DNA of 15,979 nucleotides from a virus (Duplodnaviria; Heunggongvirae; Uroviricota; Caudoviricetes): IMG/VR virus record IMGVR_UViG_2548876865_000009, positions 1 to 15,979 of that record; one strand, 5' to 3'. Shown piece by piece: positions 13,009 to 15,979 of this stretch (position 1 is its first letter; each line of letters starts with the position of its first letter). The notes under the pieces were generated by a model. It saw only the letters and a program-made list of their open reading frames with translations, ran no database searches and was not told where the DNA came from. The position numbers and the translations under genes were made by a program.

Positions 13009-14958
13009 ATGGCATTTAAACACTATGACGTGGTCAGGGCGGCGTCGCCGTCAGACCTTGCTGAACGACTGACTCAAAAACTGAGGGAGGGGTGGCAGCC
13101 ATTTGGCAGTCCTGTCGCCATCACGCCTTATACCCTGATGCAGGCCATTGCGGCGGAAGGTGATGTCACCACACCTGTGGTGGTGAGGCCGTCGGATGGA
13201 GAAGGCACAGTTATCAGCACCACCAGCGAACCGGAATATTACTATGTTGTCGTCCTTGCCGGTCAGTCCAATGGTATGGCTTTTGGCGAAGGGCTGCCGT
13301 TACCTGAAACCTATGACCGCCCTGAGCCGCGCATTATGCAGCTGGCGCGCCGTAGTACTGTGACGCCGGGGGGAGCTGCATGTGCGTACAATGATGTTAT
13401 TCCAGCTGACCACTGTCTGCATGACGTCATTGATATGAGTGGATTCAACCACCCACGGGCCGACCTGACAAAGGGGCAGTATGGTTGTGTGGGGCAGGGG
13501 CTGCATATTGCCAAAAAGCTTCTGCCGTTCATTCCGGTAAATGCAGGTATTCTCCTGGTTCCGTGCTGTCGTGGTGGCTCAGCATTCACCTCCGGAGATG
13601 ATGGCGCATTTACTGAGTCTACCGGTGCTTCCGCCAGCTCAGCCCGCTGGGGAGTGGGTAAACCGCTGTATCAGGATTTTCTCTTCCGTACAAAAGCGGC
13701 GCTGTCGAAGAACCCGAAAAACAGGCTTCTGGCCGTGGTATGGATGCAGGGGGAAAATGATCTTGCGGACGGCAGTCAGCAGCACAGCGGCCTGTTTACC
13801 ACTATGGTGCAGCAGTTCAGGGCTGATATGGCTGCATATTCTGCACAGTGCGTTGGCGGAAGTGCTGGCTCGGTGCCGTGGATTTGCGGTGACACCACGT
13901 ATTACTGGAAGAATCTTAACGCCGATAAATATGAGGCGGTATATGGCGGTTACAAGGGCAGGGAAGCACAGAATATTTTCTTTGTTCCTTTTATGACGGA
14001 CAGCAGTGGTGCAAACACACCCACCAACAATCCGTCAGAAGACCCGGATATTCCGGCATCAGGATATTACGGTGCAGCCTCCCGGACGTCGGCAAACTGG
14101 ACGTCAGCAGACCGTGCGAGCCATTTCAGCTCATGGGCACGCAGGGGGATTATTTCCGACCGTCTGGCAACGGCGATTCTGGTGCATGCCGGGAGAGCCG
14201 CTGAATTCATTACCGGAAAACAGCCTGATACGGTGAAGCCCACAGGGCCTTCCGGTGAAGGTCCGGAGAGAGAGGCGGAAGCCCCGGTCAGTAACCGAAC
14301 CCTGATGAGTTTGCTGGCGTCAGGCGAAGACCTGGCATCACAGGGCTGGCGCTATTATCACAAACCGGCGAGCGGAGACAGTATTGATAAAAACATCGCT
14401 GAGGCTGTGGTCAGTGATGAGGGTGCCACCGGTGGTAAGGCCCTGCAACTGAACAAACCGGAAAGCCACATCTGGTTTCTGGAGCATGATGCAGCCGGGC
14501 AGGGGGCAGAGTTGCTGAAGAAAGGCGGACGTGTGAGTGTGCGGTTTAAGGTGCCGGGCTCACTGGTACAGAACCGGTTTGCCCTGGGTATTTACTGGCA
14601 GTTGTCGTCCCTGCCGGAGGGTGTGTCGCTGGCGGAGGAAGGCAACGACATGCTGATGTCCTTCTTCCTGCAGACGGATGCGACGAACCTGAACGCGATG
14701 TACCACAAGACGCAGAATGTGAAGCTGGATACGTTCGGGGCATTTGATAACGAATGGCACACACTGTCTTTTGAGTTTGCCGGAAACAACAGCATTCAGG
14801 TGACGCCGGTACTTGATGAGAAGCGGGGCACGCCATTCACGCTGGTGAAATCTCAGGCAACAGGGGTGGCGGATAAACTTCTGCTGACTGATATCACGAA
14901 GGTGGCAACGTATACGCTGCTGATTGACAGCGTGAAGGTGGAAGTGAATAACCCGTAA
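13009..14958 (+). CDS. nanS-p: NanS-p-like prophage sialate O-acetylesterase (DUF1737-like N-terminus plus SGNH/SASA esterase region), 649 aa
   Basis: N-terminus MAFKHYDVVRAASPSDLAERLTQKLREGWQPFG and GQSN esterase motif (VVLAGQSNGMAFGEG) match my recollection of Stx-phage NanS-p; GGGGAGG Shine-Dalgarno; track start 12865 (GTG) lies upstream of a terminator hairpin and is rejected. Confidence 0.8.
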   Translation: MAFKHYDVVRAASPSDLAERLTQKLREGWQPFGSPVAITPYTLMQAIAAEGDVTTPVVVRPSDGEGTVISTTSEPEYYYVVVLAGQSNGMAFGEGLPLPETYDRPEPRIMQLARRSTVTPGGAACAYNDVIPADHCLHDVIDMSGFNHPRADLTKGQYGCVGQGLHIAKKLLPFIPVNAGILLVPCCRGGSAFTSGDDGAFTESTGASASSARWGVGKPLYQDFLFRTKAALSKNPKNRLLAVVWMQGENDLADGSQQHSGLFTTMVQQFRADMAAYSAQCVGGSAGSVPWICGDTTYYWKNLNADKYEAVYGGYKGREAQNIFFVPFMTDSSGANTPTNNPSEDPDIPASGYYGAASRTSANWTSADRASHFSSWARRGIISDRLATAILVHAGRAAEFITGKQPDTVKPTGPSGEGPEREAEAPVSNRTLMSLLASGEDLASQGWRYYHKPASGDSIDKNIAEAVVSDEGATGGKALQLNKPESHIWFLEHDAAGQGAELLKKGGRVSVRFKVPGSLVQNRFALGIYWQLSSLPEGVSLAEEGNDMLMSFFLQTDATNLNAMYHKTQNVKLDTFGAFDNEWHTLSFEFAGNNSIQVTPVLDEKRGTPFTLVKSQATGVADKLLLTDITKVATYTLLIDSVKVEVNNP

Positions 14959-15106
14959 GCAGGAAAAAAAAGACCGCCGGGGCAGGGAAAACAAGGAGCC
15001 AGAACCGGCGGCAAATGTCGTCATATCCAAAGCAAAACATGCAGGACGCTTTTTTAACCAACAGGTATTAACGATGTCAACACCATATCAATAATGGAGA
15101 TGAATA

Positions 15107-15289
15107 ATGACATTTATACAGCTTATTTTATTGTATTTCTGTACAGCAGTTTGTGTGCTGTATCTTCTTTCTGGTGGGTACAGAGTCGTGAGAGATTTCT
15201 GGCGCAGACAGATTGACAAAAGGGCCGCTGAGAAAATCAGCGCCAGTCAGTCAGCCGGAACAAAACCCGAAGAGCCTCTCATTCCGTAG
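15107..15289 (+). CDS. Hypothetical small membrane protein, 60 aa
   Basis: GGAGA Shine-Dalgarno 7 nt upstream of ATG; hydrophobic N-terminal segment IQLILLYFCTAVCVLYLL. Confidence 0.5.
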   Translation: MTFIQLILLYFCTAVCVLYLLSGGYRVVRDFWRRQIDKRAAEKISASQSAGTKPEEPLIP

Positions 15290-15326
15290 CAACTTTCTTA
15301 ACAACACCTTTCAACGAGAAAATACC

Positions 15327-15596
15327 ATGTCAGAAATAAAATCGCTGGTCACTGCTGAAGCGGTGAAGGATGTCCTGCGCTCTGAAGAAGTCAGAAGCGT
15401 ACTGAAACAGCAACTCCGCCAGAATCTTGAGGCGCGTCTTGATGCTGAAGTGGATGCCATTCTGGATGAACTGCTGGGGGTACCGGCTGCTCCCGGGCCT
15501 GAAGACGGTGCGGGTGACAGTGCTGTTTCAGATGGTGTCGTGTCTCAGCCTGATGGTGGCAGTGAGCCTCAGCCTGACGGCGAAATGATGATGTAA
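15327..15596 (+). CDS. Hypothetical acidic protein, about 89 aa from ATG 15327
   Basis: Track ORF 15213..15596 overlaps the previous gene; internal ATG 15327 preferred but RBS is weak; start uncertain. Confidence 0.4.
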   Translation: MSEIKSLVTAEAVKDVLRSEEVRSVLKQQLRQNLEARLDAEVDAILDELLGVPAAPGPEDGAGDSAVSDGVVSQPDGGSEPQPDGEMMM

Positions 15597-15671
15597 CCAT
15601 GCGCAGGGGCTGTCGGTGTGAGCTGATGCCCCTCTTGTTGTTGTGAGCTTCCGGATTGCGGGAGACGGGGT

Positions 15672-15887
15672 ATGTACCAGATGGAAAAAATCACAACAGG
15701 TGTGTCATACACCACGTCAGCGGTGGGGACGGGCTACTGGTTCCTGCAGCTGCTGGACAGGGTTTCCCCGTCTCAGTGGGCGGCAATAGGCGTGCTGGGG
15801 AGTCTGCTGTTTGGTCTGCTGACGTACCTGACGAACCTGTATTTCAAAATCAGAGAGGACCGTCGTAAGGCGGCGCGGGGAGAGTAA
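15672..15887 (+). CDS. S: Phage holin (S21/Stx-phage S type, class II) with dual-start motif, 71 aa
   Basis: MYQMEK...[40 protein letters not shown] matches recalled lambdoid S21-type holins; two Met codons three codons apart; GGAGA Shine-Dalgarno. Confidence 0.9.
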   Translation: MYQMEKITTGVSYTTSAVGTGYWFLQLLDRVSPSQWAAIGVLGSLLFGLLTYLTNLYFKIREDRRKAARGE

Positions 15888-15891
15888 AGCG

Positions 15892-15979
15892 ATGAAGAAA
15901 AAATACGAACTGGGTGTTAAAGGGATAAATAATTACCCGGATAAGATTGCTGTTACTGTGGCACTTGAAATTGGCGGGC
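15892..15979 (+). CDS. 5' fragment of the gene after the holin, probably the endolysin; truncated by the window end
   Basis: ATG 15892 with GGGGAGAG Shine-Dalgarno; begins MKKKYELGVKGINNYPDKIAVTVALEIGG; endolysin call is by position only. Confidence 0.4.
   Translation, partial: MKKKYELGVKGINNYPDKIAVTVALEIGG

Larger units (their letters stand above)
1..15979. mobile_element. Segment of a lambdoid prophage (immunity, replication, nin-like region, Q, tRNAs, start of lysis cassette); no ends or integrase in window
   Basis: Gene order repressor/cro - O-like - DnaC-like - nin-like genes - RusA - Q - tRNAs - holin matches lambdoid phage early-to-late organisation; several accessory (moron) genes interspersed. 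Confidence 0.85.

Noticed and set aside
13300-15868. Track ORFs inside or antisense to the NanS-p-like and late genes (13300..13506, 13311..13589, 13541..13996, 14006..14236, 14546..14836, 14560..15030, 14592..14795, 15391..15600, 15656..15868)
   Set aside because: GC-rich frame shadows of the 649-aa esterase gene or out-of-frame overlaps of the holin and acidic-protein genes; Arg/Pro/Cys-rich translations typical of non-coding frames.
1-15979. CRISPR array, integrase/att sites, IS elements, rRNA
   Set aside because: No regularly spaced repeat-spacer arrays, no recombinase- or transposase-like ORFs, and no rRNA-like sequence were seen; the only repeats are the origin iterons, the tandem 12-mer and the operator-like palindromes.

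Overview
This window reads as an internal segment of a lambdoid prophage of Enterobacteriaceae (E. coli-like), running from the immunity region through replication and the nin-like region to the start of the lysis cassette. Left to right: a minus-strand dicB-operon-like block (YdfA/YdfB/YdfC-like small proteins); a plus-strand HigB/HigA toxin-antitoxin pair; a DicA-like repressor divergent from a Cro-like gene; a YdaT-like gene; an O-like replication initiator with five iterons and a tandem repeat inside its coding sequence; a DnaC-like helicase loader; a run of translationally coupled genes of unknown function; a DUF551-like gene; a Hok-family toxin; a YgiW-like secreted protein; a DUF968 protein; a frameshifted RusA; a Q-like antiterminator with a downstream terminator; a small winged-helix gene and a DNA methyltransferase; three tRNAs (CAU, UCG, UCU); a NanS-p-like esterase; two small ORFs; a dual-start holin; and the first codons of the next gene. 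The Q-tRNA-esterase-holin layout is the one I associate with Shiga-toxin phages, but no stx-like ORF is present between the tRNAs and the esterase. No CRISPR array, integrase, att site or IS element was seen. All calls rest on reading the sequence and the supplied ORF track and on recalled protein families; no database search or folding was run. The best candidates for something undescribed are the coupled unknown-function block at 4705-6263 and the structured stretch at 6264-6609, but I cannot assign either a function.
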